Of a stretch of DNA of 64,000 nucleotides, positions 42,974-51,646 are shown one piece after another. Position numbers and translations under genes: made by a program. The stretch covers positions 14,874 through 78,873 of the forward strand of contig QCSF01000003.1 of assembly GCA_003209195.1 (NCBI GenBank), read 5' to 3'. The first letter of the stretch is position 1; each line of letters starts with the position of its first letter. A model generated the notes under the pieces. The model worked only from the letters and a program-made list of their open reading frames with translations, did not search any database and was not told where the DNA came from. Origin of the DNA: Pelagibacteraceae bacterium AG-470-E16 (lineage in GTDB: Bacteria > Pseudomonadota > Alphaproteobacteria > Pelagibacterales > Pelagibacteraceae).

Positions 42974-43116
42974 AAAATTACAAAGTAAATTAAAACTAAC
43001 ACAACTAAATTTGCGCCTAACAAAAATTGTGTGCCTCTATTAAAAAAAGAGTTTGTTTTTTGTTCGATCTCTATGGGATTAACCTGTGCAAGTCTTATTA
43101 AGTTATTTTTTTTCAT
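42970..43116 (-). CDS. 48-aa tail-anchored membrane microprotein (not in ORF track)
   Basis: Manual translation MKKNNLIRLAQVNPIEIEQKTNSFFNRGTQFLLGANLVVLVLIYFVIF*; C-terminal TM helix; stop interlocks with the convergent SDR stop (TTAG at 42970-42973). Confidence 0.65.
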   Translation of the reverse strand: MKKNNLIRLAQVNPIEIEQKTNSFFNRGTQFLLGANLVVLVLIYFVIF

Positions 43117-43178
43117 ATTTTACAAGTAATAGTAAATTGTGACTGACTTTATGAGAAAGTTTGTCTTTTTTAAGACTA

Positions 43179-43442
43179 TTAACTTTCTAGTAATTTTAAG
43201 GCTTGGTTTAATAAGTCTTCTGACTCTTTATGTTCTCCAGAATTATGGGCTTTTTGACCCTGATCACGTAATTGCTTAATTTCAGTAAATTGCTCTTTGG
43301 AAATTTGTTTAGACTCAGATAGTATTTGATCAATTTTTTGAATTAATACTGGGCAAGAACCTGCAAAGCTAATATCAGATGCAAAAAATAAAAAAATTAA
43401 TATAATTAAATTTTTTAAAATATTTAATAATTTATTTTTCAA
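43179..43442 (-). CDS. Small secreted helical protein (TTG start)
   Basis: Signal peptide ending ISFA, then GSCP and a helical mature part with AHNSGEH. Confidence 0.75.
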   Translation of the reverse strand: MKNKLLNILKNLIILIFLFFASDISFAGSCPVLIQKIDQILSESKQISKEQFTEIKQLRDQGQKAHNSGEHKESEDLLNQALKLLES

Positions 43443-43594
43443 TCTTGTCTAAACTTTGGAAAATCTCTAATTATTGCAAGTATAACAAACCAATAAAATC
43501 TCAGTTTATTGAAAAAACCCTTTTTGGACTTAAGAATATGATATTTGGATAGTCCACATTCTGTTTTTATGTAATCTGTTATATTTTTAGTCAT
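43439..43594 (-). CDS. 51-aa microprotein (not in ORF track)
   Basis: Manual translation MTKNITDYIKTECGLSKYHILKSKKGFFNKLRFYWFVILAIIRDFPKFRQD*; ATGA overlap with the TVP38 stop and TTGA overlap with the next start; fills the gap exactly. Confidence 0.8.
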   Translation of the reverse strand: MTKNITDYIKTECGLSKYHILKSKKGFFNKLRFYWFVILAIIRDFPKFRQD

Positions 43595-44268
43595 TTTTTA
43601 ATTTTTTCTATAATTTTTTTTATAATAAAAGGCACCAAGCCAATCAACATAAATGAAATTATAATATGAAAACTAAGTATATCATTAATACTATTAATTT
43701 TAGCTAATTGGACACCTGCGTTTACAAAAACTACAGTCCCAATCAACATTCCTATTTGAGAAACAATATAGAATGTCATTGTTTTCATTTTAGTAAGACC
43801 AAAAATTAAGTTTATAATAAAAAAAGGGAATATTGGGCTTAATCTTAAAAAAAATAAGTAAAAAACACCATCTTTACTAATACCTAAGTTCACTCTTTCC
43901 ACGTATTTTTGGTATTTATTTTCTACATAATTTCTTAGCACGAAACGGGACATTAAAAAGCAAAAAGTAGAACCAATTGAACTTGCAAAAGAGGTAAGTA
44001 ACACCCCTGGTACTAATCCAAACAACACGCCTGCTAAAATTGTTTTTATCGCTGCAAAAGGTAAGGCAAAAGTAGTAACAATTATATAAATAACAAAGAA
44101 AACCGCATAGTAAAAATAATAATTTTCATTGATTAGATTTTGTAAACTAATTTGACTTTTTTTAATAATTTCAAGAGACATGAATTGACCTAAATCAAAT
44201 ACTAATACTGAGAGAAACGAAATTAAAAAAATTAGAACTATTAGAACTTTTAAAAATTTATTATTCAT
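43591..44268 (-). CDS. TVP38/TMEM64 (DedA/VTT domain) membrane protein
   Basis: LPFAAIKTILAGVLFG, SSIGSTFCFLMSR, FLRLSPIFPFFIINL, SQIGMLIGT; likely start ATG 44268 (TGATG overlap). Confidence 0.88.
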   Translation of the reverse strand: MNNKFLKVLIVLIFLISFLSVLVFDLGQFMSLEIIKKSQISLQNLINENYYFYYAVFFVIYIIVTTFALPFAAIKTILAGVLFGLVPGVLLTSFASSIGSTFCFLMSRFVLRNYVENKYQKYVERVNLGISKDGVFYLFFLRLSPIFPFFIINLIFGLTKMKTMTFYIVSQIGMLIGTVVFVNAGVQLAKINSINDILSFHIIISFMLIGLVPFIIKKIIEKIKK

Positions 44269-45176
44269 CAGCCACAGCTTGACCCACCTAAAACGCAAAA
44301 TTTTGAACAATGCGGATGGTTTAAATAAATTCTTTTCGAAGATTCTTTTAAAGTATTCCCTAAATCAAATTCCGAATTATAGGGTAGGAGAGTACATGCA
44401 ATAACACTTGGATAGTCATTTCCTTTTTTTTTAACAATCATTCTAGAACTTGAACACATAACTTCATTTTGATTTTTATTCAAAATTTTCCAGCACTCCG
44501 TCGTTATCTCTGGAGTATCAGATTTTTCATCCATCTCAGCAAATGTGACTAACTGCATCTTTGAGTCTGCATTAATATTTAATTTATTATCATTTATAAA
44601 TTTTTTAAAATTTTCTCTTGTTGCTGTTTCATCTTCATTCCACATTAACCTTGTGGCTAAACAATAATTAAAATTATTTTTTGACAACCATTTTAGCCCT
44701 TCAATCATAGGAGCCCAGCTTTTTGACCCTCTTATTTGCTCATGCTTTTCTTTTAAATAATGATCAATCGATACTCTTATTGTTAAATTCAAGTGATTTA
44801 ATCTAAATAGATCATTTTTATTATTAAGCATTGGTCTCATAGCATTTGTTAAAACGAGAGTTTTAAAACCATTATCTAATGAATATTTGATCATCTTAAA
44901 AATATCCTTATTCATAAATGGTTCTCCACCAGTAAAACCAATTTTTTCTGTTCCCATTTCATTTTGAATGCTCTCATTAACAAAACTTTTAAATTCGTTA
45001 AATGATAAATAAGCTAAACGATCGTTTTTTGGGCTTGATTCTATATAGCAACCTTTGCAGGCTAAATTACACAATGTTCCAGTATTAAACCAAAGAGTTT
45101 TAATTTTTTCAGTCTCTATAAATGCCCTTTTTTTATTATCGGCGGTTAAAAATTTATTTTGGAATTTGCTAAACAT
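44268..45176 (-). CDS. Radical SAM protein with Cys-rich C-terminus (ArsS-like)
   Basis: CNLACKGC, TGGEP, VLTN, plus six further Cys (ECW, VMC, IAC, HPHCSKFC, SSCG). Confidence 0.88.
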   Translation of the reverse strand: MFSKFQNKFLTADNKKRAFIETEKIKTLWFNTGTLCNLACKGCYIESSPKNDRLAYLSFNEFKSFVNESIQNEMGTEKIGFTGGEPFMNKDIFKMIKYSLDNGFKTLVLTNAMRPMLNNKNDLFRLNHLNLTIRVSIDHYLKEKHEQIRGSKSWAPMIEGLKWLSKNNFNYCLATRLMWNEDETATRENFKKFINDNKLNINADSKMQLVTFAEMDEKSDTPEITTECWKILNKNQNEVMCSSSRMIVKKKGNDYPSVIACTLLPYNSEFDLGNTLKESSKRIYLNHPHCSKFCVLGGSSCG

Positions 45177-45241
45177 ATCTTATAACTTAAATAATATTGT
45201 GTAATAATATGTTTTTTATAGGAGTTTTTCAAAAATACATA

Positions 45242-45811
45242 ATGAGATTAATTGTCTTTTTTTTAATTTTTATTAGTTTAAATAAATTAGCAATGGCAGA
45301 AGAAAAAAAAGCATATTTTGCAGGTGGGTGTTTTTGGTGTGTTGAGGAAGCTTTTGAAAAAACGCCAGGTGTTTTAAAAGCTATATCAGGATATACAGGC
45401 GGCGATTTAAAAAACCCAACTTACGAACAAGTTACCTATAATGAAACAGGCCATTATGAAGCCGTAGAGGTGGTTTATGACTCAAAAGTAATTTCTTATA
45501 AGCAATTACTTGATGTATTTTGGAAAAATATCGACCCATATGATGCGAAAGGTCAATTTTGTGACAAAGGCTCAAGTTACCTTACAGCTGTTTTTTATCA
45601 AAATGATGAAGAGAAATTAGCATTTGAAGACTCTAAAAAAAAATTAGGTAAATCAGATATTTCAGATTTTGTAACACACTTAAAAAAATTAGACGTTTTT
45701 TATCCAGCTGAAGATTATCATCAGGATTATTATAAAAATAATCCTATTAGATACAAACTTTATAAAACTGGCTGCGGCAGAGTTCAGCGTTTAAAAAAAA
45801 TTTGGGATTAA
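45242..45811 (+). CDS. msrA: Peptide-methionine (S)-S-oxide reductase with signal peptide
   Basis: AGGCFWC, GYTGG, TGHYEAV, GQFCD.G..Y, AEDYHQDYY; likely start ATG 45242 (MRLIVFFLIFISLNKLAMA). Confidence 0.93.
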   Translation: MRLIVFFLIFISLNKLAMAEEKKAYFAGGCFWCVEEAFEKTPGVLKAISGYTGGDLKNPTYEQVTYNETGHYEAVEVVYDSKVISYKQLLDVFWKNIDPYDAKGQFCDKGSSYLTAVFYQNDEEKLAFEDSKKKLGKSDISDFVTHLKKLDVFYPAEDYHQDYYKNNPIRYKLYKTGCGRVQRLKKIWD

Positions 45812-46863
45812 TTTTTTGAAAAATATTTTAATATCAATGGTATAGAAAATATAATTAAAAAAATTCTTAAGAAATGGTGATAGGTCACAAAAAGAGGATC
45901 TATATTATATGCAATACTTATCACTACCATTTCGTGAAGTCCTCCAGGAGCAAAGCTTAAGAAAGCTGCCATAAAATCAAAACCAAAAAATATTTGAAGT
46001 AAATATGCAAATATAGCCGCAACACCTAAAAGCAAAATAGATATTATAAAACCATGAAATGAGTAATATCCAATATCTTTTATGGGTAAACCACTTAATC
46101 GGCATCCAATTGCAGAACCTAAGAACACAAAAGCGATATTAATAAAAATATCTGGGAAACGGGCTGTTGTAATTTCTAATGTATAGAAGAAGCCGCAGAA
46201 TATCATTGCAGCAAGAATAGGCGCTGATGGTATTTTTAACTTTTCGAATCCAATTGTTCCTATTTGAGATATGATTAAAAGAAAAATTAATTCTAAAAAA
46301 TATCTTAAAGAATAATCTGGATTGTTACCGTGCGACGTAATTTCTTGATAGCCAACCTGTGTTACAAATACGAATGGTAAAATCAATACAATAAATAAAA
46401 CTCTGGTTGCTTGAGGTATCACTACTTGCCCACTTTCTTTCTTACTGTTAGTCAATTGATTTATTGCACCGGCTATCACCACAAATGCTCCTGGCATTCC
46501 AGCTAGGATAGAAACTAGTTTTTTAAATTTACAAATTTTATGAAAGTAAACTGCAGTTATAATCGCACCAATGATAGTGCAAATTATCATCGCTATTGAT
46601 GAATATACCCATAAATGAATTTTGTATAATAAACTTATATTGAACGAACCAGCTAATATAACTCCGATTATTAAAAGAACTGGTAAAAAAATTTTTTTAT
46701 CGAATGTAATTCTATAATTTGTGAATGAAATAAATAAATTTAAAAGTAACGCACCCAGTAACCATGGTAATGGTAAATTAATTAAAGTTGCTAGATAACC
46801 GCCCACTGCACCAATTAGAATACTTTTATAACTCTTTTGTATGGCTTTAACATATCCAAACAT
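45808..46863 (-). CDS. AbrB-family membrane protein (putative transporter; not the transition-state regulator)
   Basis: Duplicated halves LPLPWLLG / IPSAPILA, MPGA / APGGLHEM, QATRV / HHFLRI; about 10 TM helices. Confidence 0.82.
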   Translation of the reverse strand: MFGYVKAIQKSYKSILIGAVGGYLATLINLPLPWLLGALLLNLFISFTNYRITFDKKIFLPVLLIIGVILAGSFNISLLYKIHLWVYSSIAMIICTIIGAIITAVYFHKICKFKKLVSILAGMPGAFVVIAGAINQLTNSKKESGQVVIPQATRVLFIVLILPFVFVTQVGYQEITSHGNNPDYSLRYFLELIFLLIISQIGTIGFEKLKIPSAPILAAMIFCGFFYTLEITTARFPDIFINIAFVFLGSAIGCRLSGLPIKDIGYYSFHGFIISILLLGVAAIFAYLLQIFFGFDFMAAFLSFAPGGLHEMVVISIAYNIDPLFVTYHHFLRIFLIIFSIPLILKYFSKN

Positions 46864-46864
46864 T

Positions 46865-47713
46865 TTATTTTTTTCTCTTTTCTATTCTTAGGTATTTTTC
46901 GTAATTTAATAAAGATAGAGTATCTTTTGCTTTATTTTTAAACTTTGGAATTCTATTTTTTTTTATTAAATCCAAGGTTTGTTTAGTTGCATCAATATAA
47001 CCATCTAAAATTTGTTGTGAGAATAATGCAAATTTAAATTTATTTTTAATAACATCTTTTAGATTAAACTTAACATTTTGGGTTATATTCAACATGAGCG
47101 GGATACCTTTAACATGATCCCTAATTATTTTGAGTTGTTTTTGAGTATTAAGACCAGTCATAAAAACTGCATCAACACCCATTTTTTTATATTCTAAACA
47201 TCTTTTTAAAGTTTCATTCATTGATCCTAAAGTAAGCGCGTCTGTTCTTGCTATTACTAAAATATTCTTGTTTTCTCTCGCAGCCTTTATTGCTGTATAC
47301 AACCTTTCTTTTGCTTCTTTTATATTTAACAATAAGACTTGATCTGTAAGTGCACATTTTTTTGGAAAAATTTGATCTTCCAAAACTAATGCAGATGCGC
47401 CTGCATTTTCTAAATCTTTGACGGTTCTGTAAACATTTGCTGGCCCTCCAAATCCAGTATCTGCATCAACAATGATTGGAAGTTTAGTTTGATTACAAAT
47501 AGAGTATGTAGCGTCTACTAATTCTTTTTGAGTAATTAAACTTGCATCAGGATAACCCAAGATTGCCGAAGATAATGCAAAACCACCAATGAACGAAATT
47601 TTGAAACCTTTATTTTCAATTAATTTAGCCGAGAGAGGGTCATGACATGTTGGAAGATAATAGCATTTATTATCTTTTAAAAACCTTTTTAATTGATGAG
47701 TTTCTTTATTCAT
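46865..47713 (-). CDS. Isocitrate lyase/PEP mutase family C-C lyase (PrpB-like) with variant loop KKCAL
   Basis: HDPLSA, LGYPD, IVDADTGFGG, LEDQIFPKKC, VIARTDA. Confidence 0.85.
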   Translation of the reverse strand: MNKETHQLKRFLKDNKCYYLPTCHDPLSAKLIENKGFKISFIGGFALSSAILGYPDASLITQKELVDATYSICNQTKLPIIVDADTGFGGPANVYRTVKDLENAGASALVLEDQIFPKKCALTDQVLLLNIKEAKERLYTAIKAARENKNILVIARTDALTLGSMNETLKRCLEYKKMGVDAVFMTGLNTQKQLKIIRDHVKGIPLMLNITQNVKFNLKDVIKNKFKFALFSQQILDGYIDATKQTLDLIKKNRIPKFKNKAKDTLSLLNYEKYLRIEKRKK

Positions 47714-48383
47714 TTGATAATAATGACCTTAGTTGATTACTGAAGCTTGACAATATTTTATAATACTTAGGCACAGTTTTGTTTGTAAAAAACTGTTTCC
47801 AGCCTGAAACACTTACTGTAGCTTTAAAATTATTTTTGCTATCGAAAGCAGGTATAGCTACACTTGCAATGTTATCCAGTCTTTCTCCCTCGGTAAAAAT
47901 ATACCCTTTTTTTTCAATTTCTTTTTTCAATTCTATATTTTTATCTGTGTATGCTAATAAAACTTTTCCTGTAGCAGAATTTAATTCAAATGTGGTTCCT
48001 TCAACAACATAGTGATTTAGTTCAGATTTAGAATTTACTCTATATAAACAAACCTTTTTTTTACCTGCTCTAACCCAATAACCGGCTGATTGACCAGTAA
48101 CTTCACAAATTTCATTTAAAATATTTCGGATTTCTGTTCCAATTTTGAAATTGGAATTATAAATCGACCCTAATTTCCAACTACCCGGGCCAAGACGATA
48201 ACTTCCATTAATTTCGTTTTTTATTAAAAAATTATGTTTAATAAGTGAGTTACAAATCCTTAATATTGTTGACTTATTCAATCTAGTAATTGCTGTTAAT
48301 TCTTTTAATGAAATACTTTTGTTACCATCCCCAAAAGAATTTAAAATTTGAAATGCTTTATCTAAGACTTTGATTGAGCTCAT
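47706..48383 (-). CDS. IclR family transcriptional regulator
   Basis: SIKVLDKAFQIL..F, HTH LNKSTILRICNSL, YRLG, SATGKVLLAY, SVAIPAFD, TVSVSG. Confidence 0.92.
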   Translation of the reverse strand: MSSIKVLDKAFQILNSFGDGNKSISLKELTAITRLNKSTILRICNSLIKHNFLIKNEINGSYRLGPGSWKLGSIYNSNFKIGTEIRNILNEICEVTGQSAGYWVRAGKKKVCLYRVNSKSELNHYVVEGTTFELNSATGKVLLAYTDKNIELKKEIEKKGYIFTEGERLDNIASVAIPAFDSKNNFKATVSVSGWKQFFTNKTVPKYYKILSSFSNQLRSLLSNE

Positions 48384-48384
48384 A

Positions 48385-48423
48385 ATGTTTTACAATGTGA
48401 AACATCATTTTATATTATAAAAT
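48385..48423. promoter_or_regulatory. Tandem palindromic operators between iclR and prpD-1 (putative IclR sites)
   Basis: ATGTTTTACA-A-TGTGAAACAT (48385-48405, one mismatch) and perfect ATTTTATA-T-TATAAAAT (48407-48423); rightward TTGACA(48427)-17-CAAAAT promoter follows. Confidence 0.65.
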
Positions 48424-48484
48424 TTATTGACAATCCATTTTTTTTTTTGCAAAATTATCTTTTAAATATCGGAAAAATTTCAAA

Positions 48485-49909
48485 ATGGGTAAAGCTTACA
48501 CACCTAATATTAAGTCAAATAAAGGAAAAAATTTAACTAAATACGTTGCAGAGTTTGTAAAAAAAAATAAATATAACAAAATTCCAAATAATGTTGTTGA
48601 ATTAGCTAAAAAACATATTTTAGACGGTTTTGGACTAGCGTTGTCCGGTTCTGTTGCACGAACTGGAGATTATCTTTTTAAACATATCAAGGAAAATTCT
48701 GCTAAAGGCAGAGCAACTGTAATTGGTTCAAAAATGAAAGTTACATCAAGATTTGCAGCATTAGCAAATGGAGTTGGTATTCACTCAGACGATTACGACG
48801 ACACACAGCTTGCGGTTCAAAAAGACAGAGTTTACGGGTTATTAACCCACCCTACTGCGCCTTGTTTACCAAGTGCATTTGCAGAGGGAGAATTAAAAAA
48901 AATTAATGGTAAAGATTTTCTGAATGCATATCTAATTGGAGTAGACGTTGAATGTAAAGTTTCAGAAGCAATGTCTCCCAGACACTATCAACACGGTTTT
49001 CATTCTACAGCAACATGCGGAACTTTAGCATCTGCTGCTGCAGCTGCTAAAATTAGAGATTATAATGTTGATCAAATTCAAAGATCACTCGCAATTGCAG
49101 CATCTTTAAGTGCCGGACTTAGAGAAAATTTTGGAACAATGACAAAACCACTTCATGCAGGAAGAGCAGCAGAAAGTGGAGTAGTAGCTTGTGATCTTGT
49201 AGGTTATGGCTGGTCAGCTACAGATAAAATTTTGGAGTCACCAAGAGGCTTTTTTCAAGCACATGGAGGTGGTTATAATTTAAATTCTATTAAAGGACAA
49301 TTGGGAAGACCATGGACTTTTTCAAAGCCCGGTATTTCTATCAAACCTCATCCATGTGGATCTTTAACTCATCCTGGTATGACCAAAATGCTTGAGTTGA
49401 TTTTAAAACATAACATTAAGCCTCAAGATGTCGTAAAAGTTGATGTTGGAACCAATCACAATATGCAAAACGCTCTAATTCATCATAGGCCAAAAAATGA
49501 ATTTCAAGCAAAGTTCAGTATGGAATATTCAATGGCAATTTTATTAGTTCAAAGAAGAGCTTATATACCTGAATATCAAGACAAAAGAATTAATAAGCCT
49601 GATGTTCAAAAGATGTTAAGGAAAATTAATTTCTATAAAAATAAAGTTGCTGAGGCTGCTGGCTACGACAAAATGACAACTATTATCGATATCCATTTAA
49701 AAAATGGAAAGAAAATATCTGGACGAGGTGACTTTGGTAAAGGAAGTCCAATGATACCCATGACATATGATGAAGTTGCAGATAAATTTTTAGGTTGTTG
49801 TGAATTTGCTAAATGGTCTAGTAAAAAATCTAAAGCACTGATTGAAACAGTTAGGCATTTAGAAAAAGTTAAAGATATTAGTAAATTAAGCAGTTTACTA
49901 TCTAAATAG
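48485..49909 (+). CDS. MmgE/PrpD family protein 1 (IDS-epimerase-like subgroup)
   Basis: NGVGIHSDDYDD, THP, RHYQHGFH, NFGTMTKPLHAGRAA, IKPHPC, AKFS. Confidence 0.88.
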   Translation: MGKAYTPNIKSNKGKNLTKYVAEFVKKNKYNKIPNNVVELAKKHILDGFGLALSGSVARTGDYLFKHIKENSAKGRATVIGSKMKVTSRFAALANGVGIHSDDYDDTQLAVQKDRVYGLLTHPTAPCLPSAFAEGELKKINGKDFLNAYLIGVDVECKVSEAMSPRHYQHGFHSTATCGTLASAAAAAKIRDYNVDQIQRSLAIAASLSAGLRENFGTMTKPLHAGRAAESGVVACDLVGYGWSATDKILESPRGFFQAHGGGYNLNSIKGQLGRPWTFSKPGISIKPHPCGSLTHPGMTKMLELILKHNIKPQDVVKVDVGTNHNMQNALIHHRPKNEFQAKFSMEYSMAILLVQRRAYIPEYQDKRINKPDVQKMLRKINFYKNKVAEAAGYDKMTTIIDIHLKNGKKISGRGDFGKGSPMIPMTYDEVADKFLGCCEFAKWSSKKSKALIETVRHLEKVKDISKLSSLLSK

Positions 49910-49915
49910 TTTTCA

Positions 49916-50860
49916 ATGAAAGTGGCTATACTTGATGATTACCAGGGTGTAGCTGAACAGCTAGTTGATTGGTCAAAATTTAAAGATACTTGTGAAATAA
50001 AAGTTTTTAACCAACCTTTTGAAAACGAGGATCACGCTATAGAAAATCTTAGAAGTTTTGATGCTCTCCTAATAATGAGAGAAAGAACTCCAATGACAAA
50101 AAAGCTGTTGCATAGTTGCCCAAATTTAAAGTTTATAGCTACAAGTGGAATGAGAAATTTAGGTATTGATTTAGAATATGCTAAATCAAAAGGAATTATA
50201 GTTTCCGGATCAGAGGGTAATAAAAATCCTACAGCAGAATTAACCTGGGCTTTAATTTTGGGTCTTGCCAGGAACATAAAACAAGAGTCTGAAAATATGT
50301 ATCAAGGATATTGGCAAACAACTATTGGATTTGAACTTAAAGAAAAAACTCTAGGTATAATGGGTTTAGGAAACCTAGGCAGTATGGTTGCGAAAGTAGG
50401 AAAAGCTTTTGGAATGGAGGTTATAGCTTGGAGTGAGAATTTAAAAATGGCAGATGCAGAAAAACATGGTGTCATGGCAGTAACTAAAGAGGAGTTATTC
50501 GAAAAATCAGATTTTTTGACGATACATTATCTTTTAAGCGATCGTAGTAGAAATTTAGTAAAATATGAAGATATTTCTAAAATGAAAAAAACCGCTTTTA
50601 TAATCAATACTTCAAGAGGACCAATTATAAATGAGGATGATCTTATAAAAGCATTACAAGACGAAATTATTGCAGGTGCTGGTCTGGATGTTTATGCAAT
50701 AGAACCATTACCAGAAAATCATAAATTACGATTTTTACCAAATGTTTTATTAACACCTCATATTGGATATGTTACATTAGATAATTATGCTAAGTGGTAC
50801 AATCAAATGGCAGAAGATTTACAAGCTTTTTTAGAGGGTAAGCCCATAAGAATTTTGTAA
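49916..50860 (+). CDS. D-isomer-specific 2-hydroxyacid dehydrogenase
   Basis: MRERT, GLGNLG, NTSRG, GLDV...EP, TPHIGY. Confidence 0.9.
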   Translation: MKVAILDDYQGVAEQLVDWSKFKDTCEIKVFNQPFENEDHAIENLRSFDALLIMRERTPMTKKLLHSCPNLKFIATSGMRNLGIDLEYAKSKGIIVSGSEGNKNPTAELTWALILGLARNIKQESENMYQGYWQTTIGFELKEKTLGIMGLGNLGSMVAKVGKAFGMEVIAWSENLKMADAEKHGVMAVTKEELFEKSDFLTIHYLLSDRSRNLVKYEDISKMKKTAFIINTSRGPIINEDDLIKALQDEIIAGAGLDVYAIEPLPENHKLRFLPNVLLTPHIGYVTLDNYAKWYNQMAEDLQAFLEGKPIRIL

Positions 50861-50902
50861 AAAAATATTCAAAGTTTTAAAAGAACAGTATATAAAAAAC
50901 TT

Positions 50903-51646
50903 ATGAAAAAAATTAGTATTCTGGTTGTCTTTATAACATGTTCACTATTTTCATTTGAAACTTATGCGGCAAAAATAAAAGTACAATCCGTTTCTGATAA
51001 TCCTATTTTTGCTTTTACAAACCCTAATGCAAAAGTAAACGTCATTGGTTTTGTTGGAGGGGCTGGTATTAAAAAAGGTGTTGGGAAATCTCAAAACCCT
51101 TTAGCAAGAGATAGAAAGTCATTTAAACGGGCAGGAATGAATTACTACATATTTCCAAATCCAAAAACTAAGAAGGCTATAAGTTTAAAATATAGAAAAA
51201 GCAAAGATCATGTTAAAAAAATTTCAAATTTACTTGAATACTTAAAAAAAGAAAATAACCTCCCAACGATATTGGTTGGCCATAGTCGTGGCTCTGTCTC
51301 AGTTGCAGCAGCTGCGAATAATTTGGGTAAAGAGATTGTCAAAGGTATCGTTATCATGGGATCTTTAACAGCTACAAGTAAGAAAATAACATCACCATTT
51401 ACAATGAGTAGTATGTTGAAAAAAACATCAGTGCCTGTTTTAATAATACATCATAGAAAAGATGGTTGTGAAGTGACACCTTTTGCACCTACAAAAAGTC
51501 TGTCGAAAAAAAAAGGTTTTCCGTTAGTTGCAATTAGTGGCGGCGGATCAACAGGTAATCCTTGCGGTCCTTTACATTATCACGGATTTGAAGGCACAAT
51601 GAATCAAGTTATCGACGAGATAAAAAAATGGGCAGAAGCTCTGTAA
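50903..51646 (+). CDS. Secreted alpha/beta hydrolase
   Basis: Signal peptide (TYA), nucleophile GHSRG, HHRKDGC, CGPLHYHGF. Confidence 0.8.
   Translation: MKKISILVVFITCSLFSFETYAAKIKVQSVSDNPIFAFTNPNAKVNVIGFVGGAGIKKGVGKSQNPLARDRKSFKRAGMNYYIFPNPKTKKAISLKYRKSKDHVKKISNLLEYLKKENNLPTILVGHSRGSVSVAAAANNLGKEIVKGIVIMGSLTATSKKITSPFTMSSMLKKTSVPVLIIHHRKDGCEVTPFAPTKSLSKKKGFPLVAISGGGSTGNPCGPLHYHGFEGTMNQVIDEIKKWAEAL

Noticed and set aside
44250-44275. Selenocysteine readthrough of TGA TGA after ...GGSSCG in the radical SAM gene
   Set aside because: The motif position already holds Cys, the TGAs overlap the TVP38 ATG (coupling explains them), and no SECIS-like hairpin is evident
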